Shown here piece after piece: positions 20,758-34,215 of a stretch of DNA of 64,000 nt. A model generated the notes under the pieces. That model made no database searches and had not been told where the DNA came from. It saw only the letters and a list, made by a program, of their open reading frames with translations. This stretch comes from Clostridiales bacterium (GTDB taxonomy: Bacteria > Bacillota > Clostridia > Oscillospirales > CAG-272): positions 5,087 to 69,086 of the forward strand of contig JAAVYP010000004.1 in the NCBI GenBank assembly GCA_022791195.1. The letters are read 5' to 3'. Every line of letters starts with the position of its first letter. Within the stretch, counting starts at the first letter, position 1. Made by a program: the position numbers and the translations under genes.

Positions 20758-21630
20758 TTATTTAGGAATAACAATGGTCAGCGTAATTTCTTTTTCGTTT
20801 TCATTTTTTGTGCTGGCCGCTGAAATGCCCGCTTTTTTTAGGATAGACACGGCTTTATCAATGGAATTATAGAACAAACGCATATCCTTAATGATATATT
20901 TTCGTTTTGTTTTTCCCTGTGTCAGCTCGGTCAGCACCGTCTCTACATACTCTTCGGTCGCCGCCACATTTAAATGACGGGCGGCGGTATTCCGAATGAC
21001 CTCTGTACGTTTCTCTTCATCTGAAATCCGAAGAAATGCCCGCGCATGCCGTTCGGTAAGCCCCGCTTTCATAATACACTCCCGCTCAACGGCTGAAAGA
21101 CGCAATATACGCAGCTTATTGGCGATATACGGCTGCGAACAGCAAAGACGCTCGGCTATCTGCTCCTGCGTCATATCGTAAATCTTAATCAGCGCGGCAA
21201 TCGCGTTCGCTTCCTCAAACATATTCAGATTTTCTCTTTGAATATTTTCAATAATCGCTATTTCTGCACTTTTCTTGGAATCCGCATTAATAATTAAGCA
21301 GGGGACATGGCTCATGCCAATCAACATAGCCGCACGCAGCCGCCTTTCGCCCGCTACCAATTGAAACAAACCGCCGTCCATGACGTTTTCATCCATAATA
21401 CGGCGGACAGACAATGGTTGTAACATGCCATATTGCCGAAGGCTCTCGGCCAAGCGAATGATCGCTTCATCCTGAAAGCTCTTTCTCGGCTGCGCCGGAT
21501 TCGCGCAAATGCGATCGACGGAAATGGTATGAACCCGGCCATATTCCAATCGTTGTTTCAGCGTGAGCTCCCGCTTTTTCAAGACTCGTACTTGCTCGCG
21601 CAGCGCGTCACACTCATTATGGTTTCCCAA
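20758..21630 (-). CDS. noc: Second ParB-family protein, Noc/YyaA-like
   Basis: GERRLRAA, ENIQRENL, QPYIANKLRIL, LTERHARA; position upstream of parA. Confidence 0.78.
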   Translation of the reverse strand: MGNHNECDALREQVRVLKKRELTLKQRLEYGRVHTISVDRICANPAQPRKSFQDEAIIRLAESLRQYGMLQPLSVRRIMDENVMDGGLFQLVAGERRLRAAMLIGMSHVPCLIINADSKKSAEIAIIENIQRENLNMFEEANAIAALIKIYDMTQEQIAERLCCSQPYIANKLRILRLSAVERECIMKAGLTERHARAFLRISDEEKRTEVIRNTAARHLNVAATEEYVETVLTELTQGKTKRKYIIKDMRLFYNSIDKAVSILKKAGISAASTKNENEKEITLTIVIPK

Positions 21631-21709
21631 TGGTAATCACCTCTTGAAGAGAGTTTACCAATTTTTGCCAATTATTTCCACCGAATTCTGTCGATTACCG
21701 AAATTATTA

Positions 21710-21815
21710 CTAATTTCAATGAATGCTAATTTCAATTATTACTAATTTCAATGAATGCTAATTTCAATTAAGCTAATTTAAATTATGGCTACTTTCAATG
21801 AATGCTAATTGAAAG
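21710..21815. repeat. AT-rich tandem repeat, 7 copies, 16-bp period, core CTAATTTCAAT
   Basis: Units start at 21710, 21726, 21742, 21758, 21773, 21789, 21805. Confidence 0.9.
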
Positions 21816-21837
21816 TAATTCCAAGCATTTTTACTGA

Positions 21838-22092
21838 TTAGATCAATTCTTCTGCTAAATCAAAGAAAAATTCTGGACGCACAAGAGAACGGCATATTTT
21901 TTCAAACATATTCGTCGCATGATGCAGATCAGTCCCAACCTCTTCTAAATAAGACATATCTCTGTTTGTCAACACAAATATAGAATAGATTGTTTTTCCA
22001 TAGCTGCCAACAGACTCGACCAGCTTGTAGGTCGTTTCGATTCCTGCCTCATCTTTTATCATTGTATTTTTTATAATTTTGCCATATCTCAT
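21838..22092 (-). CDS. Small protein resembling DUF6514 family
   Basis: 84 aa, Y.I....I/V......A..F........V.P.....EE pattern; family recalled, not searched. Confidence 0.6.
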   Translation of the reverse strand: MRYGKIIKNTMIKDEAGIETTYKLVESVGSYGKTIYSIFVLTNRDMSYLEEVGTDLHHATNMFEKICRSLVRPEFFFDLAEELI

Positions 22093-22461
22093 TGCTTTGC
22101 CAGAATATTCATTTCTTTTTCTTTCTAATATATTTTCATATTACCTTAAAACAAACGGTTTGTAAAGCGAGTTTATCTTTTATAATTCGACATGATATTC
22201 GATATTATCCCATTTTATACCCGTCTTTTTCTATACCCACCGCGATCTCTTTCAAATACCACTAAATTTCTACAAAAAAACCTACTGTTAATTGACATAA
22301 ATCTTCAAAGTGAAACAGTGTGGAAACACATTACCAGTTATTTCCACTTGCTTTGTTCTTATTATAGCTCATTTTGCTTCACAAATCAACCATTTTACGA
22401 AAATTTTTGGTAATTATTACCTTTTATTCCCTTTATTGCTATTTTTGGGTCTGCTGTTAGC

Positions 22462-22502
22462 AAAAAAGAACCAGAGAAAATCATTCTTTCTCTGGTTCTC
22501 TT
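22462..22502 (-). terminator. Intrinsic terminator after LCP gene
   Basis: AGAACCAGAGAAA..TTTCTCTGGTTCT with A-run on the left (U-tail on minus strand). Confidence 0.75.
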
Positions 22503-22557
22503 CTATATACTAAAAATCTTCGTTTCTGAAAGTTCGCTGGTTCCGGCAAGGCAAAGC

Positions 22558-22580
22558 GAAGCAAATTTTTTATTTGCTTC
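22558..22580 (-). repeat. Solo copy of the GAAGCAAA-N7-TTTGCTTC palindrome family
   Basis: GAAGCAAATTTTTTATTTGCTTC overlapping the TAG of the LCP gene. Confidence 0.75.
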
Positions 22581-23863
22581 TATTTCTTTCCCATCACATT
22601 GAGGCTCACTTCGTCATCAATATGATCAGCCGAATAGACCTTATATTCCATTTCATTATACAGATACGTTTTATACTGCACAGAATTCGGATCCTTATTC
22701 GTAAAGATTTTCCCGGAATCAAACTGCTCGGCTGTGAAGGTTTCTGCATACACATTCAAATACTGATCGATAACTTCAACCGCATTCGTTTTTAAGATGG
22801 TGATATACCCGTTTGCATTCTGTGTGGGCAGGGTGAGCATCTTCACCCGGCTCATATCCATCTTCAGCACCTTGGTGGCAAAGTAAACGCAGTTGTCCAC
22901 CGTCAAATCGGTTGTCACATCGTTTACGGCAATGCTCATCAGGCTGCTCAGCGTAGAAACATCGGTGATGTTTTCTTTCACCTGCTTCATCAGCGCGGCC
23001 AGCGCTATTTTCTGCACATCCATGCGGCCGTAGTCTGCATCCGCATAGGTTTTCCGGTTGCGGACCAAACACATGGCCTGGTATCCGGAAAGGGTTTGCT
23101 CCCCTTGTCGTAAATCAATATACAGATTCTGCTCGGGGTCGCTGTAGGTCATGTCACACGGCACCTTCACATGCAGGCCGCCTAACTGATCGATAAAATT
23201 CTCAAAGGCAGAGAGATCCACAATCACGGTAAAATCAATTTTCACCGCCATATTTGTCTCAATGAACTCGCACAGCTCGTTCATGCCGGCCTTACGGCGC
23301 TGTCCCTTTTCGGTGCCAAGCTCGGCCCGGTTATAGCCGGCCGCAAACACCGAATTGATTTTATGGAAATTATAACCTGCGTTGATATACGTGTCTCTTG
23401 GAATCTGCACGATATTGGCGCCCATGTTTTCTACATCAAAGTGCACAAGCATCAGTGTGTCGGTGTTATTGCCCGTATCGTCGTTGAGTCCGGCGACTAA
23501 GAAATTATATACCTTGTCCCGCCGGTCGCCCGAAAGCACCGGCCTGCCGGTGTCGTTGTCCATCCAGTTGGAATCTCCGCTGACATTCGGCTCTAAAAAC
23601 TGATCAACCCAGCCGCTGCCGCCCGGCCTGCCGATAAACGGAATGCCGAATACGCTGAGCACGACCGATAAGACAATGGCCACACTGATAATTAAAATAA
23701 GAACGGTAACAAACACCTTCCATGCCGGGGTCTTTGCCTTTTTCTTTTGGCCGGCCCTGCTGTTTGCCATCGTTCCGGGCGCGCCTTTCTGGGGCATCCC
23801 GCTTCTGGTTGCTGCTTTTCTTTCTCTGTTTTGCCTGTTTTGGCCTGGATATTGATTATTCAA
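22580..23863 (-). CDS. LCP (LytR-CpsA-Psr) family cell-wall glycopolymer ligase
   Basis: One TM helix; NTDTLMLVH, IPRDTY, KINSVF, LVRNR, DYGRMDVQ. Confidence 0.92.
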   Translation of the reverse strand: MNNQYPGQNRQNRERKAATRSGMPQKGAPGTMANSRAGQKKKAKTPAWKVFVTVLILIISVAIVLSVVLSVFGIPFIGRPGGSGWVDQFLEPNVSGDSNWMDNDTGRPVLSGDRRDKVYNFLVAGLNDDTGNNTDTLMLVHFDVENMGANIVQIPRDTYINAGYNFHKINSVFAAGYNRAELGTEKGQRRKAGMNELCEFIETNMAVKIDFTVIVDLSAFENFIDQLGGLHVKVPCDMTYSDPEQNLYIDLRQGEQTLSGYQAMCLVRNRKTYADADYGRMDVQKIALAALMKQVKENITDVSTLSSLMSIAVNDVTTDLTVDNCVYFATKVLKMDMSRVKMLTLPTQNANGYITILKTNAVEVIDQYLNVYAETFTAEQFDSGKIFTNKDPNSVQYKTYLYNEMEYKVYSADHIDDEVSLNVMGKK

Positions 23864-23876
23864 AATGGTAACCTCA

Positions 23877-24479
23877 TCATTTGTTGCTGTCCATCAGGGG
23901 CATATATTTCACAAAATATTCAATCCCTGAGTACACCGTCATCACAATCATGGCCGCCGTAAACACATAGGAAAGATAAGGCACCTTTCCGTAGGCCCCA
24001 TACCAAACCGGCTCTGCAATGCACACCATAATGCATAGCATCTGGGTCACTGTTTTCAGCTTGCCTGACCACTGTGCGGCAATCACTTTGCCGCTTTTAC
24101 CCGATATAACAAGCCGCATGCTTGTCACGCTTAATTCTCTCAGCATAACAAGAAATGCCGCCCACACAAAGACTTTGCCAAACAGAGGATCTACCCCCCC
24201 GATAAACGACACATAAATAATCCCAAGCAGCGCGCCGAAAACCATTAATTTGTCAGCCAGCGGATCCATAAATTTACCGAAATCGGTCACCAGATGGCAT
24301 CGTCTCGCAATCTGGCCGTCCAAAAAATCAGTAAACGCGGCCGCCGCAAAAATGGCAAGCGCGGTGAGTCTGGCCGCCGTATCGCCCATGGCAAAATAGA
24401 TGGCGTCCACTGTCAGAAAAAGCATAAAAACAGGCACTAATAAAAAGCGCAGTATGGTTAATTTATTCGGAAGATTCAA
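23877..24479 (-). CDS. pgsA: CDP-diacylglycerol-glycerol-3-phosphate phosphatidyltransferase
   Basis: MNLPNKLTILR, DFLDGQIAR..TDFGKFMDPLADK. Confidence 0.94.
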   Translation of the reverse strand: MNLPNKLTILRFLLVPVFMLFLTVDAIYFAMGDTAARLTALAIFAAAAFTDFLDGQIARRCHLVTDFGKFMDPLADKLMVFGALLGIIYVSFIGGVDPLFGKVFVWAAFLVMLRELSVTSMRLVISGKSGKVIAAQWSGKLKTVTQMLCIMVCIAEPVWYGAYGKVPYLSYVFTAAMIVMTVYSGIEYFVKYMPLMDSNK

Positions 24480-24588
24480 AATGTTCTGCCTCCAAGCTTC
24501 TTTCTTTTATCATATGCCGCATGATACTCATGCTCATGATTTACATGCTCATGATTCATAAAATCAGGCAGCGTACACTCATCGCCCA

Positions 24589-25923
24589 TTATGGTTCCAC
24601 CATGTGGCCGGTCAAATCGTAATCAATGACTTCATCAATCATAACATGTACGGTCTGCCCCGGTTTTATACCCGGTTTTCCCATAAAATAGATTTTGGGA
24701 TCAATGTCCGGCGCGTCCATATAGCTGCGACCGTAATACGCCTCGGCCACCACATCAAAGTCGTCAACCAGCACTTCAAAAACCTTGCCGACCTGAGCCT
24801 TGGCGAACTGATCGTTCACCATGAGCTGATCTTTCATGATCGTTTCCGCCCGGTCGAGCTTGACCTGTTCGTCAATCTGATCCGGCAAAAGTGCCGCCGG
24901 TGTGCCCTCTTCCTTTGAATAAGGGAACACGCCTAAACGCTCAAATTTCGCTTCGGCCGCAAAGTCACGCAGCTCGGCAAAGTCCTCTTCACTCTCACCG
25001 GGGAAGCCGGCAATCAGCGTGGTTCGGATAACAATGTCCGGCATGGCCGTGCGCAGCTTGCTGATCGCTGCTTCAATGGCGGCACGTCCGCCCCTGCGGC
25101 CCATTCTCTTTAAGACGCCCTCGGCGATATGCTGAATCGGTAAATCGATATAGTGCAGCACTCTGTCATTGGTTCGCATTTCTTCGACTAATTCATCGGT
25201 TATTTTGTCGGGATAACAATAAAGCAGCCGAATTTTTGCCGTCTTTGTACTATCAGTTATAGCACGAATAAGTGAATAAAGTGTGACGCCGCCCGGCAGA
25301 TCCTCGCCATACCGGGTCACATCCTGTGCCACCAAAATGATCTCTTTGGCCCCGAGCGCCTCCAGTTCCGCGGCCTCAGCCACAATATCATCCAAATCTC
25401 TTGAGCGGAATTTTCCGCGAATCAAGGGAATGGCACAGTATGTACAATGGTTGTCGCAGCCCTCGGCAATTTTTAAATAAGCATAGTGGGAGGGGGTGGT
25501 GACAATCCGGCTGCCGCCGAGGGGCATCTCTTCAATCGGCGCATAACAGGTGTAACGCTGCTTTTGCTCCACAGCCTTGACCGCATCGACAATCGAATGC
25601 AGCCCGCCGCAGCCCACAACCGCGTCCACCTCGGGCATTTCCTGTAATATTTCATCCCGATAGCGCTGGGCCAGACAGCCGGTGACAATGATGCCTTTTA
25701 GATTATATTGGTCTTTTAAAACCGCTATGTCTAAAATATTATCAATCGCCTCTTTTTTGGCGCTTTCGATAAACGCGCAGGTGTTGATAATGACAATATC
25801 CGCCTCGGTCTCCTCGGGCGTCAGCTCATAGCCGGCCTCGTGCAGCTCTCTTAGCATGATTTCGGTATCAATCTGGTTTTTGGGACAGCCCAGTGACACA
25901 AATCCTATTTTACTCTTGCTCAT
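24589..25923 (-). CDS. rimO: Ribosomal protein S12 methylthiotransferase
   Basis: SLGCPKN, NTCAFI, EGCDNHCTYCAIP radical-SAM motif, TRAM tail; start MSKSK. Confidence 0.95.
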   Translation of the reverse strand: MSKSKIGFVSLGCPKNQIDTEIMLRELHEAGYELTPEETEADIVIINTCAFIESAKKEAIDNILDIAVLKDQYNLKGIIVTGCLAQRYRDEILQEMPEVDAVVGCGGLHSIVDAVKAVEQKQRYTCYAPIEEMPLGGSRIVTTPSHYAYLKIAEGCDNHCTYCAIPLIRGKFRSRDLDDIVAEAAELEALGAKEIILVAQDVTRYGEDLPGGVTLYSLIRAITDSTKTAKIRLLYCYPDKITDELVEEMRTNDRVLHYIDLPIQHIAEGVLKRMGRRGGRAAIEAAISKLRTAMPDIVIRTTLIAGFPGESEEDFAELRDFAAEAKFERLGVFPYSKEEGTPAALLPDQIDEQVKLDRAETIMKDQLMVNDQFAKAQVGKVFEVLVDDFDVVAEAYYGRSYMDAPDIDPKIYFMGKPGIKPGQTVHVMIDEVIDYDLTGHMVEP

Positions 25924-26362
25924 TTTCCACAATCCTTTGTTTGGCGGCCTTGATGGTTTCATAGTCATAGCCATACCGCTGTAAAGAGGCCAGTATTTTT
26001 TTCTCATCGGTCCGGCGGTCATCACGCAGCCGCCTGGCGCAGGCCTCGACAAAATCGACCTGTTCGCAGGCCTCGTCAAAACATTCGTCAATCAGCGCGT
26101 CGTTAAAGCCCTTTTGCTTTAAGGCCATAAAAATCCGTCTTTTCCCATAGCCCTTGATATTGCCCAGCCTGTCCACCAGACGGAACATATGCTCTCTCTC
26201 GTTGACATAACCCTTGGCCTTTAAATAGTCGATGGCCTCCTTCACCGCGCCGGGGCCGTGCCCCTTTTCGGTCAGTTTTTCGATTAACTGCCGCTCGGTG
26301 TTAGGCGTATAAGAGATGATGTTCAGCGCGCGCCGAATCGCTTTTTTTCCTTCTTCTGTCAT
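25910..26362 (-). CDS. recX: RecA regulator RecX
   Basis: Overlaps recA stop; [31 protein letters not shown] helical repeats. Confidence 0.85.
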   Translation of the reverse strand: MTEEGKKAIRRALNIISYTPNTERQLIEKLTEKGHGPGAVKEAIDYLKAKGYVNEREHMFRLVDRLGNIKGYGKRRIFMALKQKGFNDALIDECFDEACEQVDFVEACARRLRDDRRTDEKKILASLQRYGYDYETIKAAKQRIVENEQE

Positions 26363-27465
26363 TTCAAATCAAGTAAAGAAATATCGAACCCATCGTCCTC
26401 GTCGTCTTCAAGCAGCTCTTCCATCGACAGGTCAAGCTCGTTTGAATGGGCACGTATCTTTGCCTCCACTTCCTTTGCCTTTTCGGGATTTTCTTCTAAA
26501 AACCGGCGGGCATTGTCCCGGCCCTGCCCGATGCGTTCCTCGCCCATTGAGAACCACGCGCCGGATTTTTCAATAAAGCCAAGGCTAACGCCCAAATCGA
26601 GAATTTCGCCTAACTTGGAAATACCCTTGCCGAAGAGAATATCAAACTCGGCCGTTTTAAAGGGCGGGGCCACTTTGTTTTTGACCACCTTGCACTTGGT
26701 CCGGTTGCCGTATTGCTCGGTTCCGTTTTTCAGGCTTTCGCCCTTGCGCACCTCGATGCGCACCGAGGCGTAGAATTTCAACGCCCGGCCGCCCGGCGTC
26801 ACCTCGGGATTTCCGTAGACCACCCCGACCTTCTCGCGCAGCTGGTTGATGAAGATAAACACACAGTTGCTCTTTTCAATGATACCTGACAATTTTCGCA
26901 TGGCCTGGCTCATCAACCGGGCCTGCAGGCCGACATGGCTTGAGCCCATGTCCCCGTCGATTTCCTGCTGGGGCACTAACGCCGCCACCGAGTCCACCAC
27001 GATGACGTCCACCGCGCCCGAGCGCACTAAATATTCAGCAACCGACAGGGCCTGTTCGCCCGAATCGGGCTGGGAAACAAGCAGTTCGTCGATGTTGACC
27101 CCTAATTTTTTGGCATAGACCGGGTCCAGCGCGTGCTCTGCGTCGATAAACGCCGCATTGCCCCCGCTCTTTTGCACCTCGGCCACGCAGTGCAGGGCCA
27201 GGGTGGTTTTACCCGATGATTCCGGCCCGTAAATTTCGGTGATGCGCCCTTTTGGCAGCCCGCCGATGCCAAGGGCCAGATCCAGGTTCAGCGAACCGGT
27301 TGACACCGCGCCGATTTCCATCGTCGGACTTTCGCCCAGCTTCATGACCGTGCCTTTGCCGAAATCTTTTTCTATTTTTGAAAGCGCCATCTCCAGCGCT
27401 TTTTTCTTCTGATCGCCGGTTTCGGGTTTTTCGTCCCGTTCTGTCTTTGCTTTTGCCTTTGCCAT
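26359..27465 (-). CDS. recA: Recombinase RecA
   Basis: [37 protein letters not shown]. Confidence 0.99.
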   Translation of the reverse strand: MAKAKAKTERDEKPETGDQKKKALEMALSKIEKDFGKGTVMKLGESPTMEIGAVSTGSLNLDLALGIGGLPKGRITEIYGPESSGKTTLALHCVAEVQKSGGNAAFIDAEHALDPVYAKKLGVNIDELLVSQPDSGEQALSVAEYLVRSGAVDVIVVDSVAALVPQQEIDGDMGSSHVGLQARLMSQAMRKLSGIIEKSNCVFIFINQLREKVGVVYGNPEVTPGGRALKFYASVRIEVRKGESLKNGTEQYGNRTKCKVVKNKVAPPFKTAEFDILFGKGISKLGEILDLGVSLGFIEKSGAWFSMGEERIGQGRDNARRFLEENPEKAKEVEAKIRAHSNELDLSMEELLEDDEDDGFDISLLDLK

Positions 27466-27539
27466 GTTACGACCATCCCTTTCCTATTTCTTTATGCCGC
27501 GCATGGTTGATCCCTGCGCCGACCCTCTTTTTTTGCTTG

Positions 27540-28133
27540 TCAATAGGTTGGCGAAGCAAGGCGCCAGCCCTCGTTTTCCTTTTCCAGCACAATCTGCTCG
27601 GTTTCGGTGCGGCCCGCGAACCTGCCGTCGATTTCGACAATCAGAACTGCGCTTTTGGCCGCTTTTATCTTGATGCTGTCAAAATCCCACGCCGTCCATT
27701 CATCGGTCGTCTTGACCGTCTGCTTCACGTTTTTCGTCAGCCGGCCCTCACTGCCCTCGGCATACCGGCGGTACACCTCTTCAGTGCCCTCAAATGCGTT
27801 TTCATAGACCCCGGCAAGATAGCTTTTCGCAAAGACCTTGCCGGCTGCCTCTTTGATTTCATCTACGCTTTGATAGGGCGCGTCGGCCCGCACCGGCACA
27901 TAATGAAACGCCACGGCCGACTCTTCGGCCGCTTGTTCATCATAGTCCTCTACCGGCAGTCCTTCGCCAAAGAATATTTCGTTGAGCGGCGCGGCCTCTT
28001 CGATCAGCCGGCGCACCGTTTGCTGAATCTCTTCTTCCGAAAGGCCGCTTTGGTTGCCGCACCCGCAAAGAAATAGGGAAAGGCAGAGCGCGGCAAGCAC
28101 GCCGCCTATTCGCAAAAATCGTTTTCTGTTCAT
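27540..28133 (-). CDS. Hypothetical lipoprotein
   Basis: Lipobox LCGC; C-terminal LEKENEGWRL. Confidence 0.8.
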   Translation of the reverse strand: MNRKRFLRIGGVLAALCLSLFLCGCGNQSGLSEEEIQQTVRRLIEEAAPLNEIFFGEGLPVEDYDEQAAEESAVAFHYVPVRADAPYQSVDEIKEAAGKVFAKSYLAGVYENAFEGTEEVYRRYAEGSEGRLTKNVKQTVKTTDEWTAWDFDSIKIKAAKSAVLIVEIDGRFAGRTETEQIVLEKENEGWRLASPTY

Positions 28134-28157
28134 CCTGCCGTTCCCCCTTCTTGTTTG

Positions 28158-30671
28158 TTATTCGTTTTCCTGACTTGCCGCTTCCTCTGCGACCGGCGCC
28201 GGCTCTTCACCAACGGCATCCTCTGCTTTCTCGTCGTCGCCTTGGCTTACGGTCGAGTAATTGACAATCTTGTTCTGGTCCTTCATGCGCATGATGATAA
28301 CGCCGACGGCGTCCTTTGAATACAGGTTAATGCCGGCCGCGGGGGTACGAATGATCACCCCTTCGGCGGTGACAATCATTAAATCCTCTTCTTCGGCCAC
28401 CGCAGCAATGCCGACAAGCGGACCTGTTTTCTCGGTTATTTTCTGGCAGTGCACGCCCTTGCCGCCCCGGTTTTTGGTCTTGAAGTTTTCAAACGCAGTT
28501 CTCTTGCCAAATCCGTTTTCGGTCAGGGTCAACAGGGTCTTGCCCTCTTCGGTCAGGGTCGCGCCGGTTACGTAATCGTCGGGCGTGAGCTTGATGCCCC
28601 GCACCCCGCGCGACACACGGCCCGAGGTACGCACATCCCCCTCATAGAACCGGTTGGCAAAGCCTTGTCTTGTCGCAATCATGACGTCTCTGTCCCCGGC
28701 TGTATTAAAGACAAAGGCGAGTTCGTCTCCTTCGTCTAAGTTGATGGCAATTTTGCCCCCCTTGCGCTGGTATTCATACTCTTGCAGGCAGGTGCGCTTA
28801 ATCACGCCGCCGCGGGTGATCATGGTCAGATACCGATCTGACGAAAATTCGTCCACCGCGATCATGGCCGTCACCTTTTCGCCCTCGGCCAGCTCAATTA
28901 AATTGACAATATTGCTGCCCTTGGCAATGCGGGACCCTTCGGGAATCATATAGGCCTTTTTCGTATAGATTTTGCCGAGATTGGTGAACATAAGAAGGTA
29001 GGCATGGCTGTTCACAATCTCCACCTTCTCGATATAATCCTCTTCCTTCATGCCGGCCGCGCGAATGCCCATGCCGCCCCGGTTCTGGGCCGTATAAGAG
29101 GCCGCCGGCTGGCGCTTGATATAACCATCGTGGGACAGGGTGATCACACACTCGTGCTTTTCGATGAGATCTTCTAAGTCAATCTCTTCCTGCGATTCCA
29201 AAATCTCGGTCTGTCTGTCGTCATTAAACTTGCGCTTAATTTCCAGCATTTCTTCTTTAATGATGTCTTTGACCTTGTTCTCATCGCTTAAAATGCCCCG
29301 CAACGTATCAATTAATGCGTGGAGCTTGTTCAGTTCGTCCTCAATTTTATGGGTTTCAAGACCCGAGAGCTTACCGAGGGTCATATCCACAATAGCCTGG
29401 GCCTGAATTTCGTCCAGCGGGAAATTCTCCATCAGCTTTGCTTTCGCATCGGGAATCGACTGGGAGGCACGGATAATGCGTATCACCTCGTCGATATTAT
29501 CGATCGCGATCAGCAGACCCTCTAAGATGTGCGCTCTGGCCTCGGCCTTGCGCAAATCAAACTTGGTCCGGTTGACAATGACTGTCTCCTGATGCGCAAT
29601 ATACCGGTTCAGAATCTCGACCAGGCCTAACACCTTGGGCTCGCCGTCCACCAGCGCCACCATGTTCATGCCGCAGGTGTCCTGCAGTTGGGTGTATTTA
29701 TACAGCTGATTGAGCAGAATCTGCCCGTTTATGTCCCGGCGGTACTCGATCACAATCTTCATACCCCGCCGGTCAGATTCGTCCCGCAGGGCGGTGATGC
29801 CGTCCACCCGTTTGTCCTTGTGCAGCTCGGCAATCGAGGTCACCAGCATGGATTTGTTGACCTGATAGGGAATTTCGGTCACCACAATGCGGTGCTTGTC
29901 CTCATCAATCTCGGCGCGGGCACGAACCATGACCTTGCCGCGTCCGGTGGCATACGCCTGGCGGATGCCCTCGGTGCCGTAAATGGTCGCCTTGGTCGGA
30001 AAATCAGGTCCCTTGATGAACTGCATCAGCTCGGGCACACCGGCCTCGGGATGATCCATCAGATAGATCGTGCCGTCGATCACCTCGCCCAAATTATGGG
30101 GCGGAATATTGGTGGCCATACCCACCGCAATGCCCATGCTGCCGTTGACCAGCAGGTTGGGATAGCGGGAGGGAAGCACCTCAGGCTCTTTTCTTGTGTA
30201 ATCAAAGTTCGGTGCAAAGGGCACCACCTCTTTTTCAATATCCGCCAGCATTTCGTTGGCCAGCTTGGCCATGCGCGCTTCGGTATATCGATAGGCCGCG
30301 GCCCCGTCCCCGTCCACGTTACCAAAGTTGCCGTGTCCGTCAATCAGCGGGTAGCGGAGCGAAAAGCTCTGGGCCAGACGCACCATCGCGTCATACACGG
30401 CCGTATCGCCGTGCGGATGATACCGTCCCAACACATTACCAACGGTTGTCGCACTTTTTCTGAACGGGTTATCATAGGTGAGATGGTCCTCGTACATGGC
30501 ATACAAAATCCGCCTGTGCACCGGCTTTAGCCCGTCTCTGACATCCGGCAGCGCACGCGAGGTCAGCACCGAAACCGCATAGGAAATAAAGGAGGATTTT
30601 ACCTCACCCTCTATTTTTTTCTCTATGATTTTTTGATCTTGATAATTATATTCGTGATTTGCGTTATCCAT
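28158..30671 (-). CDS. gyrA: DNA gyrase subunit A
   Basis: RALPDVRDGLKPVHRR, YHPHGD, AAYRYTE, GyrA-box QNRGGMG. Confidence 0.98.
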   Translation of the reverse strand: MDNANHEYNYQDQKIIEKKIEGEVKSSFISYAVSVLTSRALPDVRDGLKPVHRRILYAMYEDHLTYDNPFRKSATTVGNVLGRYHPHGDTAVYDAMVRLAQSFSLRYPLIDGHGNFGNVDGDGAAAYRYTEARMAKLANEMLADIEKEVVPFAPNFDYTRKEPEVLPSRYPNLLVNGSMGIAVGMATNIPPHNLGEVIDGTIYLMDHPEAGVPELMQFIKGPDFPTKATIYGTEGIRQAYATGRGKVMVRARAEIDEDKHRIVVTEIPYQVNKSMLVTSIAELHKDKRVDGITALRDESDRRGMKIVIEYRRDINGQILLNQLYKYTQLQDTCGMNMVALVDGEPKVLGLVEILNRYIAHQETVIVNRTKFDLRKAEARAHILEGLLIAIDNIDEVIRIIRASQSIPDAKAKLMENFPLDEIQAQAIVDMTLGKLSGLETHKIEDELNKLHALIDTLRGILSDENKVKDIIKEEMLEIKRKFNDDRQTEILESQEEIDLEDLIEKHECVITLSHDGYIKRQPAASYTAQNRGGMGIRAAGMKEEDYIEKVEIVNSHAYLLMFTNLGKIYTKKAYMIPEGSRIAKGSNIVNLIELAEGEKVTAMIAVDEFSSDRYLTMITRGGVIKRTCLQEYEYQRKGGKIAINLDEGDELAFVFNTAGDRDVMIATRQGFANRFYEGDVRTSGRVSRGVRGIKLTPDDYVTGATLTEEGKTLLTLTENGFGKRTAFENFKTKNRGGKGVHCQKITEKTGPLVGIAAVAEEEDLMIVTAEGVIIRTPAAGINLYSKDAVGVIIMRMKDQNKIVNYSTVSQGDDEKAEDAVGEEPAPVAEEAASQENE

Positions 30672-30724
30672 TCCGTTTTACGCCCTTCCTGTGCCTTTTC
30701 TTTGTTGGCTGGTAAATAAAGCAT

Positions 30725-33042
<2,318 letters not shown>

Positions 33043-33058
<16 letters not shown>

Positions 33059-34203
33059 GGCTCATACCTTCCGTTTTTCACGTTGATGATCATGACGTTT
33101 TCCTTTTCCTGTCCGTTTCTTGTCGCCCTACAGGCTTGCCTGTCGGTTGGCTTGTTGGTCAACTTCTTGGTTGTCACTTCGGCCAGCACCTTTTCTTCAC
33201 ACGTTGTCAATATGACCTGCCTGTCTTTGATACCGGCCAGCACATATTGCTTTCGCTTTTCATCTAACTCGCTGAGAATATCGTCAAACAGCATCACCGG
33301 GTTTTCCCCTGTTTTCGTCCGGGATATTTCAGCCTCGGCCAGCTTCATGGCCAGTGCCAGCGAGCGCTGCTGCCCCTGACTTGCGTAGGCGCGCGCTTCT
33401 TTGCCGTTGAGCAGCACCAGCACATCGTCCTTATGGATGCCTCTTGTAGTGGTGCCGATGCGCACATCTTTTTCAAAGCTTTCTTCCCACAGCTTGATAA
33501 ACTCTTCCTTATTTCGCGCACCGTTGTAGTGAAAGGCAGGCTCTTCTTGGCCGTTTGTCATATCATGAAAGATTTCTTTTGCATAGCGGCTTAGCTCTGT
33601 GACATACGCTTCGCGTTTTCCGGACAGATACGCCGCCTCTTCGGCCAGCTGCTCATTCCAGAATGAAATGGTGTCCTGCACGGTTTTTTTGTTTTCGTAA
33701 TAGCTGGCAATTAATTTGTTTCTTTGTGCCAAAATGCTGTTGTACCGTTGCAGCGCGCCTATTGCTCCGCTGCTGATCTGGGCCATGGCCTCGTTTAAAA
33801 ACCGTCGGCGTTCAGCCGGCCCCGCTTTGACGATGCTCAAATGCTCGGGACAAAACAGCACGGCGCGGAACGCCCCTAAAAACGCGCTCATTTTCCGTTC
33901 GGGAATCCCTTCCCGCCGCACCACCTTTTTGCCGTTTTTCAAAAACCGCATTTCGCTGTTCTTATGGCTCGTCTGATCGCGAAAGCACAGCTTGGCATAG
34001 GCATATTCCTGGCACGGCCCGATAAATTCTTTTTCCTTGCTGGTCCGGAAAGAGCGGCCCTGGGCAAAGAGATAGATGCCCTCGAGCGCGTTTGTCTTTC
34101 CCTGTGCATTTTCGCCAACCAGCACATTTAAGCCCGGTTCAAAGACAAGTGATGCTTTTTCTATATTCCGAAAATTTTCAAATTGTATGCTTTGTACAAT
34201 CAT
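33043..34203 (-). CDS. recF: DNA replication and repair protein RecF
   Basis: NFRN, GENAQGKTN, GPAERRRF, ASQGQQR, FDDILSELD. Confidence 0.96.
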
Positions 34204-34215
34204 AAGGCAGCCGCG

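Noticed and set aside
21710-21815. 16-bp repeat as a CRISPR array or as the origin unwinding element
   Set aside because: No unique spacers and no adjacent DnaA boxes; a canonical unwinding module exists at 35412-35457
27466-27539. LexA/SOS box upstream of recA
   Set aside because: No GAAC-N4-GTTC found; recA seems to be read from upstream
29688-30530. Long antisense ORFs (also 3333-3911, 6636-7523, 27378-28076, 36179-36895, 47299-48228)
   Set aside because: Shadow frames opposite well-supported genes, with no recognisable motifs
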